This document shows, piece after piece, positions 21,434-32,051 of a stretch of 64,000 nt of DNA. Every line of letters begins with the position of its first letter. Position 1 is the stretch's first letter. The stretch spans positions 64,001-128,000 of the forward strand of contig CBDCLE010000010.1 of assembly GCA_965218585.1 (NCBI GenBank), given 5' to 3'. Source of the stretch: Terriglobia bacterium (GTDB lineage: Bacteria > Acidobacteriota > Terriglobia > 20CM-2-55-15). The notes beneath the pieces are model-generated. The model saw nothing but the letters and a program-made list of their open reading frames with translations, was not told the origin of the DNA and did not search any database. The position numbers and the translations under genes were made by a program.

Positions 21434-22765
21434 TCAACCCACAGCGATATACCTAATCAAGAAAAGACCCGTAAACACCCAGATCAACCAGTGCAGGTTT
21501 CGGAAGCGTCCGGACACGAGGCTCAAGAGCACATAGCTGATGAAACCGAAGGCAATGCCGTCGGTGATCGAGAACGTAAACGGAATCACCGTAATCGTAA
21601 TAAAGGCCAGGATGTATTCGTGGGCCTCGTTCCAGGCAATCTTCCCGACGTTTCGCATCATAAAAGCCCCTACGATGATCAGTGCGGGCGCGACGGTCGG
21701 ATAGAGGGTCAGGCCGGACTCATCGGTATATCCTGCGCCAATCATCCGGGCCAGAGGCGCAAAGAAGAGCGCGAGGAGAAACATTGCCGCCGTCACCACG
21801 TTCGCAAGACCCGTACGAGCCCCTTCCGCGACTCCTGTCGCGCTCTCGATGTAACTGACTACAGTGGAATTCCCTACCAGACCGGACGCGGTCGTTCCGA
21901 TCGCATCCGCCATCAGCGCCTGCTTGGCGCGTGGCAGGTCGTCACCCTTCATGAAATTGCCCTGATGTGCAATTCCTATGAGTGACCCGGTGCTGTCGAA
22001 GAGATCCAGAAAAAAGAAAATAAAGATAACAGGCAGAGCCCCGATGCTGAGCGCGCCCAGAATGTCCAGTTGGAGCGCGACAGGCGCCAGTGAGGGTGGC
22101 GGCGCGAACACTCCCTCGAACCGAACAACGCCCAGAAACAGTCCTAGGATTGTGCTGGTGAAGATCCCGGCAAGAATCGCGCCTCGCTGGCGTCTCGCCA
22201 GGAGAATCATCGTTACGACAATTCCAGCTGTCGACATCCAGACTGGCGGCGCACCCAGATCTCCAAGCGTGACCAGCGTGGTGGGATTACCGGCTACGAA
22301 GCCGCCCCACTCCAGTCCCACAAGAGTGATCAACAACCCGATGCCGACCGCTATACCGTGCTTCAGAGAAGCCGGTATCGCACGCACCAGGGCTTCCCGT
22401 ACTCCCCAGAGCGACATCACCAGAAATAGTACGCCGGAAATAAATACGGCACCCAACGCAACCTGCCAGGTGAATCCCATCGAACCAACAACCGTAAAAA
22501 CGAAGAAGAAGTTATGTCCCATCGCGGGAGCTACAGCGATGGGATAGTTCGCAAGGAACGCCATCAGGAGAGTACCGAAAGCACTGATGAGACAGGTCGC
22601 TGCCAGAACAGCATCGAAGTCCATTCCGGTCGTGCTCATCACGGCTGGCTGAACGAAGACGATGTAGGACATCGTCATGAACGTCGTCGCCCCACCAAGC
22701 AATTCAGTCCGGTAGGTCGACCCAGCTGAAGTTACGCCAAAAGTCCGTTCGATCCAATCCATCAA
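21434..22765 (-). CDS. NCS2/AzgA-family purine permease
   Basis: TTFMTMSYI, APAMGHN, YIESATGV..GARTGL. Confidence 0.92.
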   Translation of the reverse strand: MMDWIERTFGVTSAGSTYRTELLGGATTFMTMSYIVFVQPAVMSTTGMDFDAVLAATCLISAFGTLLMAFLANYPIAVAPAMGHNFFFVFTVVGSMGFTWQVALGAVFISGVLFLVMSLWGVREALVRAIPASLKHGIAVGIGLLITLVGLEWGGFVAGNPTTLVTLGDLGAPPVWMSTAGIVVTMILLARRQRGAILAGIFTSTILGLFLGVVRFEGVFAPPPSLAPVALQLDILGALSIGALPVIFIFFFLDLFDSTGSLIGIAHQGNFMKGDDLPRAKQALMADAIGTTASGLVGNSTVVSYIESATGVAEGARTGLANVVTAAMFLLALFFAPLARMIGAGYTDESGLTLYPTVAPALIIVGAFMMRNVGKIAWNEAHEYILAFITITVIPFTFSITDGIAFGFISYVLLSLVSGRFRNLHWLIWVFTGLFLIRYIAVG

Positions 22766-25700
22766 AAACGGAATCTCAGACCCAGCTGGATCTGACGTGC
22801 AGAAAAGGCGGATGTAAAGCCGAGCGGGTCGGTCGTACGGCGCGAAGGATCACCTTCAACATCAAAGGAGTCGAGCGTAGTCCCCACAATGTAGTTGACC
22901 CCGGAATAGTTGACTCTGTTAAAGAGGTTGAACGCTTCGGCCATCGCCTCGATCTGGTAGTCACGGTCTCCAAAGACGAAACTCTTGGTCAGGCGCAGGT
23001 CAAAGCTGGCAAAGCCGGGACCGCGTCCCGTATTTCTTCCGGCTCCCGGAGGTCGATCGGTGTTGGCATTCGTATCTCCATTAGTGTCGAAACCCATCAG
23101 AAGATTGAAAGGGCGGCCACTGGAAATCGTTAGGATTGGAGACAGCGCAACGTCGGCCAGCACCTTTCCAATTCCAAAACTGCGTTCGAGGGGCGACGTG
23201 AATACACCGCTCACAACGAATCGATGACGTTGATCGAAGGCCGACAGGGAGCGTTCCGCTCGAAGATCCAGCTGGTTTGCAGCCTGAAGATCGGTGATGA
23301 AGTCGACGGTATCGTCAATACTTTTCGACAGCGTATAGGAAGCCTGAAACTGATAAAAATCACTGAATCGCTTCCGCAGGGTCGCGGTCATTCCATGATA
23401 AATGGAACTCCCGGACGATTCGACCTGGTTGTCTTGCAAAACCCTGGGATCGATGGGGCCGAAGGTCGGCCCGTATTGGTTGCTCCCCGTAATTCTCAAA
23501 TTCGTGTTGCGGGAACGGAGGAGCTTCGTACCCTTGTTCATCAGGTAGCTGATGCTGGCCACCACATCAGCCCTCAGTTCCCGCTCCACGTTGAAGCTCA
23601 CCTGCTGACTGTACGGGTTCACCAGATCCGGGGCCGAGCGCAACAGGAGCGGAGGCGTAATACCGGGCTCGAGACCAAGAGGTGCAATGTCGGCTTCGGT
23701 GACTTGCCGGGAACCGATAACCCCCTGCTGCTTCAACAGGCCCCACACCTCGGCTGACGTTGCCGTAATCCCCAACTGAGGCAGCCCGGTCAGGGGCACG
23801 AAGAGTTGAGATATCTGAGTTCCGTCCAGGACTCTCTCGATAAACACAACAGCCTGGTAAACCGATGAATAGTAAACGCCGTAACCACCACGGATGACGG
23901 TCTGCGAATCGGGGCTGTAGGCGAAACCGAACCGAGGCGCGAAATTGTTCGTGTCGCGATGCAAAGGGCTAGGCTGCAGCTCGACGTCATAGCGCAAGCC
24001 GAGATTCAGTGTGAGTTTCGGAGACAACCGAAATTTGTCCTGAACGTAGGCGGCAAGAAGTTTGTTCTTGAGATCCGCCACCGGATCTCCGAATCCCTGC
24101 TGATACACCAGCGGCAGACCGAAATTGAAAGCCTGTAGCGACGTGATCGGTTCCGACAAAGAGGGTAGGAGGTCCGCACGTCCCATACTGGCCAGACCCG
24201 ATCCAACCGCGGCCGAGGTGCCCGGGCCTCCGACGTTGTCCATCAATGACCACAACGGAATGGCCTCCCCAAAAATGAAGCGGCTGCCGAAGAAGATCTC
24301 TGTTTTCGTATTCAGTGGCAGGTAGTGAAAATCCCCTCCGAATTTCAACTCGTGATCGCCCGACACGAGAGTGAAGTTATCGACCCACTGGAATCTTTTT
24401 TCAGTTCGGAAGGAAGGCAGAAAGAAATCACGTCCCAGAAGGGCCGTGCCGTTGATGTTGATCTCCGGCCCAAACGGATCTGCAGGTATCGAATTGAACT
24501 CCCGGTGAGCGAACTGAAAGCGGAACTCATTCACCATGTTTGAACCGAAGAAATGAGAGTCGCCAAAGACCAGTCCGAAATCCTGAATCTGCTGATTGAC
24601 ACCCCTCGACGGCCCTTTGAGACCACCAAACGATCCACCTGTTGTATCCACATCGGAGAAATTCGTCCGGACGAACATCTGGTTGTTCGCCGTCACTTGA
24701 TGATCAATCCGAAGAGACGCCCGGTTGTCGTTGTTGCGGAACGGAAAGACGCCGCTGTTTTCACGCAGTAGTCGAATTGTCTCGGGGTACGTCGCTTCTG
24801 AAGTCGTCAAAGCACCCCTCAGGAGGGATCCAAGGAACTGGAAGGACGGAACCGGAGCTGCCCCGAGCGCCTGGATCAGAGATTCCTGCGAAGCTGTCGG
24901 TTCAAAAATCTCTTCGCTTTCGAGAAAAGTCGAAAAATTGGACTCCCGCTGGCGCAATCCTTCGTAAGACAAAAAGAAGAAGGTGCGATTCGGGATGATC
25001 GGTCCGCCAAGACTAAAGCCACTCTGCAGACGGGAGAACGGCGGGTCGATGTCAGAACCATCCTGTCCAAACGCAAACGGGTTGCGGGCATCGAGAGCCT
25101 GGTCCCGGACAAAAGCAAACACTGTCCCCGAAACCGCGTTGGTCCCGGACCTGGAGACGATATTGATCAATCCTCCGCGTGCCCGTCCGAACTCGGCCGA
25201 ATAGTTGGACCGATTGATTTGAAACTCCTGAACGGCTTCCTGGCTGAGCGTGGAGCGCACGGTCGCGACGGCATTGTCGTTGTTGTCGACTCCGTCTATG
25301 GTCACACTGTTGGAACGGCCGTCTTGACCTGTAAACGAAAGCCCGGAACTGGGCGTCTGTGGCAGCGTAAAGCCGATAAGAGCCTCTGAGTCCGAAACGC
25401 CCGGCGTCAGGAGTGAAAAATCGAGAAAATCACGTTGATTGATCGGCAGGTTGTCGATTCGGAGCTCGGTAACCGTATCCGCCTGCTGCGTCCTGTCCGA
25501 TTCGACCAGCGGCGCATCCCCTACAACAACGATCTCTTGCTGTAGGGCAGCGGGCGTCAATTGGACATCAACACTCCGGCTCTGCCCCACCTGGACTTGA
25601 ATCGGGCGGCGGGTCTGTATAGCGAAACCGGAAAGTTCGAATCGTATTTCGTAGGACCCCGGGCTGAGCAGGAAGAAGCGGTATACCCCTTCGTCCCCGG

Positions 25701-25878
25701 TCAGGGTATCGCGGCCGAGTCCAGTGTCGGGATTGACGATCGAAACCGCAACACCAGGCACGAGGGCGCCATCGGGGTCCCGAACCGTCCCGTTGATGTC
25801 TCCCGACGACATCTGAGCCTGCCCCATTCCGTATAGGGCAAAGGCTAGGATAAGACCAATGCTACTGACGACTCTCAT
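22762..25878 (-). CDS. TonB-dependent receptor (Oar-like, carboxypeptidase-regulatory N-terminal domain)
   Basis: GTVRDPDGA N-terminal domain, AVQEFQI...YSAEFG plug, RQIQLGLRFRF C-terminus. Confidence 0.9.
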   Translation of the reverse strand: MRVVSSIGLILAFALYGMGQAQMSSGDINGTVRDPDGALVPGVAVSIVNPDTGLGRDTLTGDEGVYRFFLLSPGSYEIRFELSGFAIQTRRPIQVQVGQSRSVDVQLTPAALQQEIVVVGDAPLVESDRTQQADTVTELRIDNLPINQRDFLDFSLLTPGVSDSEALIGFTLPQTPSSGLSFTGQDGRSNSVTIDGVDNNDNAVATVRSTLSQEAVQEFQINRSNYSAEFGRARGGLINIVSRSGTNAVSGTVFAFVRDQALDARNPFAFGQDGSDIDPPFSRLQSGFSLGGPIIPNRTFFFLSYEGLRQRESNFSTFLESEEIFEPTASQESLIQALGAAPVPSFQFLGSLLRGALTTSEATYPETIRLLRENSGVFPFRNNDNRASLRIDHQVTANNQMFVRTNFSDVDTTGGSFGGLKGPSRGVNQQIQDFGLVFGDSHFFGSNMVNEFRFQFAHREFNSIPADPFGPEININGTALLGRDFFLPSFRTEKRFQWVDNFTLVSGDHELKFGGDFHYLPLNTKTEIFFGSRFIFGEAIPLWSLMDNVGGPGTSAAVGSGLASMGRADLLPSLSEPITSLQAFNFGLPLVYQQGFGDPVADLKNKLLAAYVQDKFRLSPKLTLNLGLRYDVELQPSPLHRDTNNFAPRFGFAYSPDSQTVIRGGYGVYYSSVYQAVVFIERVLDGTQISQLFVPLTGLPQLGITATSAEVWGLLKQQGVIGSRQVTEADIAPLGLEPGITPPLLLRSAPDLVNPYSQQVSFNVERELRADVVASISYLMNKGTKLLRSRNTNLRITGSNQYGPTFGPIDPRVLQDNQVESSGSSIYHGMTATLRKRFSDFYQFQASYTLSKSIDDTVDFITDLQAANQLDLRAERSLSAFDQRHRFVVSGVFTSPLERSFGIGKVLADVALSPILTISSGRPFNLLMGFDTNGDTNANTDRPPGAGRNTGRGPGFASFDLRLTKSFVFGDRDYQIEAMAEAFNLFNRVNYSGVNYIVGTTLDSFDVEGDPSRRTTDPLGFTSAFSARQIQLGLRFRF

Positions 25879-26843
25879 TCAACTTTCGCCTGCCCTTGTT
25901 CATTGCCCTTCTTCAATTTCTTGTATTCATTCCGAAGGTTTTCAAGGTGTGATCTCTCTTCGTCCGCGAATTCACGAAACATCTTGCGGCCGCGGGGATC
26001 TTCCAGCTGCTTGGCAAAGTTCGTAAAAAAACGATGAGACTTCCGCTCGAGGTCGATTGCGATTTCCAGGGCCTCCAGGTGCGTCGTCCCATCCCTAACA
26101 TCAACGTTAAGCAGTTCTCTTTCCGGAAAAATATCGTCGGCTATCTTACGACTCACCGGAAGCCTGGCCGGCTCCCGCCGAAGCCAACCGTGCTCGTCGA
26201 TCAAGATCTGGTGTTCGCGCTGCAACTTGTCCAGGTGTTCTGACTCTTCTTCTGCAAGACTCTGAAACATCTGCTTTCCGCCAGGGTCTTTAGTCTTTTT
26301 CGACGCACTCATGTAGAAGCTGTAGCCCCTGCGTTCCACAGCCAGGGTCAGCTCGAGTGCATCCCGGGCAAGTATTTTCTGCTGACGGTCTCGCCTGTCA
26401 AGACCAGTCTGGAGCTCCTCCTGTGCGGCACAGTCCCGGCAGAATCCAAAGATGGCATACCGGCTATACAAGGGTTGAAAATCGTTTTTGTCGGTTTCTT
26501 CCCGAATAAGTTTCTCTATGCGACGCGAAGGAAATTCCTCGGTCTTGCCGCAACGATTGCAGATGAAGTGAATGTGGTTGGGCTGGTTGACCAAGAGCTC
26601 GTAGCGGGTCGAGCCCGCAAGCTTCGCCTGCCGAATCATTCCGGACTCAAGCAGGATCTTCAGGGTTCGGTAGATAGTGGACAGGCCAATCCGATGGCCC
26701 TGCTCGAGAAGACGTTCGCGTATATCTTCAACAGTCGGATGGTCCTCGGCCGTCAGCAGGACGTCCCAGACCAGCGCTCTCTGGGAGGTCTTCTTTAACT
26801 TGTTCTCGGACAGGAAATCCTGAAAGCGCTTTTTCTTCTTCAT
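25875..26843 (-). CDS. Fur-family regulator fused to a rubrerythrin/ferritin-like domain
   Basis: STIYRTLKIL, HIHFICNRCG...CRDC (Fur). Then AVERRGYSFY...LAEEESEH and DLERKSHRFF...FADEERSH (di-iron ExxH motifs). Confidence 0.85.
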   Translation of the reverse strand: MKKKKRFQDFLSENKLKKTSQRALVWDVLLTAEDHPTVEDIRERLLEQGHRIGLSTIYRTLKILLESGMIRQAKLAGSTRYELLVNQPNHIHFICNRCGKTEEFPSRRIEKLIREETDKNDFQPLYSRYAIFGFCRDCAAQEELQTGLDRRDRQQKILARDALELTLAVERRGYSFYMSASKKTKDPGGKQMFQSLAEEESEHLDKLQREHQILIDEHGWLRREPARLPVSRKIADDIFPERELLNVDVRDGTTHLEALEIAIDLERKSHRFFTNFAKQLEDPRGRKMFREFADEERSHLENLRNEYKKLKKGNEQGQAKVE

Positions 26844-26987
26844 CTGGCCCGAATTATACAAGGACACCGTAGGAATCACGAGGTTCTGAATCCCTATCGA
26901 CCGGGCGGAGCACGTCAACAGTCTTACGTTTGATAAGTAGGTCAATATGCTATAGTTTTTGTTTATAAATTGACGCGAGGGCCACAC

Positions 26988-27545
26988 ATGAAAAACATTC
27001 TGTTCTTGACTCTTCTTTCTGTCAGCTTGACCGCATGCACGTTTGAGATGCCGGAGGCGGCAGTCGACGGGACAACAGCGTTTCCTGGGTCAACGGCAAA
27101 CCTGCAGTCAGCTCCAGATTTCGATCTTGCATCTCTTGCGGGCGGGACACTGAACTCCGTAGAACTGGAGGGCAAGGTTCTCGTCGTGGATTTCTGGGCA
27201 ACATGGTGCAAACCCTGTATCGAAGAGATTCCGAACTTCAATACACTCAGTGCCGAACAGGATTCCGACAAGTTCGTAATGCTCGGCATTACCGTTGAAT
27301 CCGGATCATTTGAAGATGTCGAACCGTACATTGAACGTCTGGGCATTGAATACCCGGTCGTCATGGGAGATGAAGATGTCGTCGCGGGATTTGGAGGCCT
27401 CATAGGCTTCCCAACGACCTTCGTCGTGAGCCCCGACTGGAAGATTTATAAGAAGTACCTGGGAATGAAAACAGGCAAGAAAGAACTGATCGAGCAGGAC
27501 GTGATCGACCTGATTGGCCCCCAGGAGGTCGCAGAAATCTTCTAG
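26988..27545 (+). CDS. TlpA/ResA-like thiol-disulfide oxidoreductase lipoprotein
   Basis: Lipobox LTAC, FWATWCKPC, GFPTTF. Confidence 0.9.
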   Translation: MKNILFLTLLSVSLTACTFEMPEAAVDGTTAFPGSTANLQSAPDFDLASLAGGTLNSVELEGKVLVVDFWATWCKPCIEEIPNFNTLSAEQDSDKFVMLGITVESGSFEDVEPYIERLGIEYPVVMGDEDVVAGFGGLIGFPTTFVVSPDWKIYKKYLGMKTGKKELIEQDVIDLIGPQEVAEIF

Positions 27546-27573
27546 GCCGGACCATTCAACCGAACCGTTCCAT

Positions 27574-27603
27574 AAGAAGGCGGCCAGCTGGCTGCCTTTT
27601 TTG
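27574..27603 (+). terminator. Rho-independent terminator
   Basis: AAGGCGGCCA-GC-TGGCTGCCTT followed by a T tract. Confidence 0.6.
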
Positions 27604-27624
27604 TTGCGTCTTATAAGACCCGGA

Positions 27625-28434
27625 TTACAGAGGGAGACTCAGGGAAAAAAGAAGGAACTTGGAGAAGAACTCCCCGAAAAGGACAGCGACGACAGCCACA
27701 TAGAGTAATCCGGTCGCCGCCTGTGTATGGCGCAGTTTAACGGTGCTCCAGATCATCCCCCCGAGGACAATCGGAACGACCACACCGAAAATCATCCTCG
27801 GCCAGAAGAACAGCCCCTGCCGTACAAACAGCTCTGAAGCGACATTCGCGAACGAAACATCCTGCTGGATTTCCAACGCGACCAGGCTAAAAACGATCGT
27901 CACCACTCGAAAGACAATCGCGCCCATATAGACCTTAGTCAGGAGCCTCAATGGATCGATCGACAGTTTGGGGACGATCAGATACCAGTGTCCGAAGACC
28001 ATGGCCAGCATGACCGATCCCAGCAAAGCAGTTGCCCCGAGGTGATTGAGGGCCAGCACCCAATTCTCCCATCCTCCAAGCTCCATTAGCAGTGTGAACG
28101 AGAGGGAGTCCATCGTGATCGAGACCAGGCCGACCGCGGTCGCTAGGACAAGTAAGACCATGGCCGGGCGATACTTGTCGATATTAACGGTCCGGTTGTA
28201 GACACCTGCAAGAATCGCTGAAATCAGGAGTAGGCCGACAGGCCATGCGCTTTCGCGTACCGGAGAGACAAAAAGGACATCGAAACCGAGAGTCATGCCC
28301 ATCAGGATGGCGGCAGTCTGACTGCCGAATTTGAAAAAGCTGTTCCCGATAACGCGCGGCGATATGAACAACATCGTGCACAACATGCCCACCGATAGCT
28401 GAGAAAACAGAAAGAAAAACGTTGAGGAAATCAT
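27625..28434 (-). CDS. Polytopic membrane protein (possibly DmsC/NrfD-like)
   Basis: About 8 TM helices, GHWYL and QAATGLLY motifs. Family assignment is tentative. Confidence 0.55.
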   Translation of the reverse strand: MISSTFFFLFSQLSVGMLCTMLFISPRVIGNSFFKFGSQTAAILMGMTLGFDVLFVSPVRESAWPVGLLLISAILAGVYNRTVNIDKYRPAMVLLVLATAVGLVSITMDSLSFTLLMELGGWENWVLALNHLGATALLGSVMLAMVFGHWYLIVPKLSIDPLRLLTKVYMGAIVFRVVTIVFSLVALEIQQDVSFANVASELFVRQGLFFWPRMIFGVVVPIVLGGMIWSTVKLRHTQAATGLLYVAVVAVLFGEFFSKFLLFSLSLPL

Positions 28435-28489
28435 CTCTTAGCGGCCCGGGATCCGGCGCCGTTCCAATATAGCATTCATCAAACGGGCC

Positions 28490-29740
28490 TCACTTGGCAG
28501 GAATACCAAAATACTCTTCCGATGCGGCACACACCGCTTCGTTCGAATCCCAGGCAGCCCGATCGATCAGAACCAGAAACTTCCAGAGAGCCCGGTGTTT
28601 TTCCTTGAGGATCCGGATCTCTGAGTTGTTTGCGCCAGAGAGCGGCTGCAGCTCGCCCCCGTCGAGCCTGGCCGGGACCTCAGCCTCGGGAAGGGACATT
28701 CCGAGCGATGGGCAATAGACGATCACCTGGTACGGGTCCAGGCCCGCGGCCTGCGCAACGGCCTGCTCCGCTGCTTCCCTTTCAGATGAATCAAAATGAA
28801 AGCGTTCCTCAAGGCTTTTCTGCCTTTCTAGACCAATAGAAACAGTTAGGACGTATGCAGGTTTGTAGAGTTTACGGGTTTCGAGCCGGTCCAGAATGTG
28901 GACGATTCCGGCATGCTCCGAATAATCCTCGCCGAGGAGCCAGAGCAGGGTGTCATCCTTGAGCGTCCGTAAACGAACAGGATCCAGGCCCTGGGCCAGG
29001 GCCATCTCTACCGTCTTCGAGATCATCGCTCCGGAAGCGAGCTTCGTATGATGAAAGTAGACGCGTTCTGAGAGCGTGTAGCGAATCCTGAGCAGATTGA
29101 CTATTTCCGAGAGCGCGTCCCGTCGCAATTCGCCATGTTTTTCCAGCCTCACGATCAGTCGCCCGCTTTCCTCTTCAAAGGACTGGAAGATTCGATCGTC
29201 GTAGTACTGCGACAATCCACAGAAATAAGTGTCGCGACGAAGGTAGTCCAAAAGATCGGCGCTGATGGCCCCGCTGACGATGTCGGAAGCCAGACCTGCC
29301 CCACCTCTCAATATTGCACTTACGTCGTCATTCACACCGTGCCTCTCGAGAACAGCTCCGAGGGAAGAATTTTCCAAGAAATATGTGAAGCGGTCCGAAT
29401 CCTGGTCGTGCCGCGGGAGGACACGCCGCTCGTCTTCCAGAGTGTGTCCGAATGGGATGTGCGTAATGTCGTGGAGCAGAGCCGCGGCCCGGATCAGCCC
29501 TTCTTCCATTTCAGAGACACGCGTACTTCGACGAATCGCTTCGACAAAACGGTGTGCCATCCAGGCGGTCCCGACGGAATGTTCAAATCGGGTGTGCATT
29601 GCCGAGGGATAGACGAGATAAGCGGTACCCAGTTGCTTGATTCCCCGGAGGCGCTGAAACTCGGGCGTGTCGATCAGCTCCATCTCGAGGGGACCGAGCT
29701 CGATGTCGCCGTGAACCGCGTCTCTGACAAGCTTTCGCAT
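28490..29740 (-). CDS. HD-domain phosphohydrolase (dNTPase/SAMHD1-like)
   Basis: RDAVHG, FQRLRGIKQLG, HTRFEHS, LLHD..H.PFGH, DLLDYLRRD. Confidence 0.9.
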   Translation of the reverse strand: MRKLVRDAVHGDIELGPLEMELIDTPEFQRLRGIKQLGTAYLVYPSAMHTRFEHSVGTAWMAHRFVEAIRRSTRVSEMEEGLIRAAALLHDITHIPFGHTLEDERRVLPRHDQDSDRFTYFLENSSLGAVLERHGVNDDVSAILRGGAGLASDIVSGAISADLLDYLRRDTYFCGLSQYYDDRIFQSFEEESGRLIVRLEKHGELRRDALSEIVNLLRIRYTLSERVYFHHTKLASGAMISKTVEMALAQGLDPVRLRTLKDDTLLWLLGEDYSEHAGIVHILDRLETRKLYKPAYVLTVSIGLERQKSLEERFHFDSSEREAAEQAVAQAAGLDPYQVIVYCPSLGMSLPEAEVPARLDGGELQPLSGANNSEIRILKEKHRALWKFLVLIDRAAWDSNEAVCAASEEYFGIPAK

Positions 29741-29830
29741 ACGTCACACAGAGTACCGCAAATCAGGCAACGAAGGTTCCCAGCGGCCAAAGACGCTATA
29801 ATGCGCTGTGATTCACACTGGAGGTGTTTT

Positions 29831-30202
29831 TTGAAGTTCTCTATCTTTGCAGTTCTCGTAATAGCTCTCGCCGTCTCCTGTGCACCGGCAGAAACCGAAC
29901 CGGAGCCCGCACCGGAAGCGGCGGCCCAGAGTCCCGCAACCGTCCCGACCGGAACTCGCGAAAGCCCCTTCGTCGGACACGGCGTCATCGTGGAAATAGG
30001 AGAGGATGAGCTCGTCATCCAGCACGACACGATCCCGGGTTTCATGGCGGCCATGACGATGGCCTTTCCCGCCGCAGAGGAAGCGATGATTGAGGAACTC
30101 GAGACGGGCGATGAGATCATGTTCGATATCGAGATGCTGGGCGACGCTTACCAGATCTTCAGCGTCGAGACGATGGAAGCCGAAGGCGAAGAAGACGAGT
30201 AG
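29831..30202 (+). CDS. CusF-like copper-binding lipoprotein
   Basis: RBS GGAGG with TTG start, lipobox LAVSC, IQHDTIPGFMAAMTMAF. Confidence 0.8.
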   Translation: MKFSIFAVLVIALAVSCAPAETEPEPAPEAAAQSPATVPTGTRESPFVGHGVIVEIGEDELVIQHDTIPGFMAAMTMAFPAAEEAMIEELETGDEIMFDIEMLGDAYQIFSVETMEAEGEEDE

Positions 30203-30281
30203 CATAGGCGATTGAACCTGGGCCGTCGCTTGAAATGGTTTTTGACCGGGTGCTACGATTTGAAACGGTATATGTCCGCCT

Positions 30282-30352
<71 letters not shown>

Positions 30353-30665
30353 TTGTTCATTTAAAAAGACTTACTTCTCTAGAGAGACTCGCTCGAATTC
30401 CCACTATGGGGGATTCTAGGGGGACTCCCGGTCTTTTTCCGCACATCCCAGGCGCATTCTCGCGCTTCACAATCAAATAATTTGACCACGCAACGGCGTC
30501 GTAGGAGAATCTCTTAGGTGTTCCTGGCGTACTCCACAATAAACGTGCTGCCTGGAACGACTACTTACCGTCCCAAACGGAGGCTTAAGAAACAAATGGC
30601 GAGACTAATCTGGAGCGTTGCAATCGGATTCGTTCTTCTTGCGGCCACCCCACAAACTCTATTCA

Positions 30666-32051
30666 GAGTTATTGTCAAAAGTGGTGTTTTGCCGATTGAC
30701 TCAAGCGGCGGCCTGATCGACGTGGGTCACTTCGATTCCATCGTTGAATTTCACTCCAGTAATCACCTTGGGCAGATCATCGAATCCTCGTAATCGTCGC
30801 CAGTTCTTTTGAGCGCACTGTCCCAGTTTGAACATCATGTGCAGCATGCCAACCCGCGTCAGGCAACCCCTGGATCGCTTGGTTCGGTGGCGAATGGTAG
30901 CAAAGGTCGACTCAATGGGATTGGTCGTTCGGATGCTCTGCCAGTGCTTGGCCGGGAAGTTGAAGAAGGCCAGCAGTTCTTCTTTGTCTTTCTGGAGGCA
31001 GCGAGTGGCTTTCGGATACTTCGGCTCATAGGTTTCAATGAACAGATCGAATGCCTTCTCGGCGTCTGCCTGTGTCTGAGCCCGCCAGATCGCGTGCAAA
31101 GCCTGTTTCGCCTTCGCCTGGGCCGACTTCGGGAGCCCGTTCAGTACGTTCATGGTCTTGTGCATCCAGCAACGTTGGTGACGTGTCTCGGGATAGATTT
31201 CCTCCAGTGCGGCCCAGAATCCCATCGCACCGTCTCCGATGGCCAACTTCGGGATATTCATCCCACGCGACTTCAGCTTTAACAAGACCTCGCGCCAACT
31301 CTGTGTCGATTCCCGGACACCGTCTTCGATTGCCAGAAAACGTTTCTCTCCGCGTTGATTCGCGCCGATCACCACCAGTGCGCACAACTTGGTTTCTTCG
31401 GCCCGCAGTCCGCTGTAGATACCGTCGGCCCAGACATAGACCCAGCGATCGGCATCCAATCGCTCCTCGCATCCCCGGCGGTACTGCTCGGCCCAGACCT
31501 GTTTCAACCGCGATACCGTGCTCGCCGACAGGCCCTGCGCCTGGGGTCCGACAAGAACTTTTAGAGCGTCACCCATCTCGCCGCTGGAGACGCCTTTCAA
31601 ATACAACCACGGCACCGCTGCTTCCAGCGATTTCGTTTTCCGAATGTAGGGAGGTACCAGGGCCGACCGGAACGTTACCGGGTCGCCAGTCTTCGCTCGG
31701 ACTTTCGGGATCTGGACCGTTACCGGCCCCAAACCGGTCTGCAGTTCACGTTCAGGCAGATAACCGTTGCGCACCACCCCGGCGTTGCCCGTCTCGGTTC
31801 TCCGATCGCCGTGGTGGGATAGCAGTTCCGCCAATTCGGTTTCCACCGCGCGTTGGATCAGTTGCTGAGCTCCAACTCGTAGTAGCTCTGTTATCGGATC
31901 CTCAATCGTCTCTCGACCCTCCGGTCCATTCACGTTACTCTTGCTCATAGTGGCGTATCTCCCTTGGTTGCTTTGAAGTCTGGTAAACAACAAATCAACC
32001 AGATACGCCGCTCTTCCTCAATCCCTTAAACACCAGATTCGGTTATAACTC
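30666..32051 (-). mobile_element. IS256-family element, complete
   Basis: IRs GAGTTAT..GGTGTTT. 9-bp TSD CTCTATTCA at 30657-30665 and 32052-32060. Confidence 0.93.
30701..31948 (-). CDS. IS256 transposase
   Basis: WADGIY, IGDGAMGF, QRCWMH, RTTNPIES. Confidence 0.93.
   Translation of the reverse strand: MSKSNVNGPEGRETIEDPITELLRVGAQQLIQRAVETELAELLSHHGDRRTETGNAGVVRNGYLPERELQTGLGPVTVQIPKVRAKTGDPVTFRSALVPPYIRKTKSLEAAVPWLYLKGVSSGEMGDALKVLVGPQAQGLSASTVSRLKQVWAEQYRRGCEERLDADRWVYVWADGIYSGLRAEETKLCALVVIGANQRGEKRFLAIEDGVRESTQSWREVLLKLKSRGMNIPKLAIGDGAMGFWAALEEIYPETRHQRCWMHKTMNVLNGLPKSAQAKAKQALHAIWRAQTQADAEKAFDLFIETYEPKYPKATRCLQKDKEELLAFFNFPAKHWQSIRTTNPIESTFATIRHRTKRSRGCLTRVGMLHMMFKLGQCAQKNWRRLRGFDDLPKVITGVKFNDGIEVTHVDQAAA

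Noticed and set aside
29135-30202. 355-aa plus-strand ORF
   Set aside because: Its 5' two-thirds is antisense to the HD gene. Only the CusF-like part from 29831 is credible.
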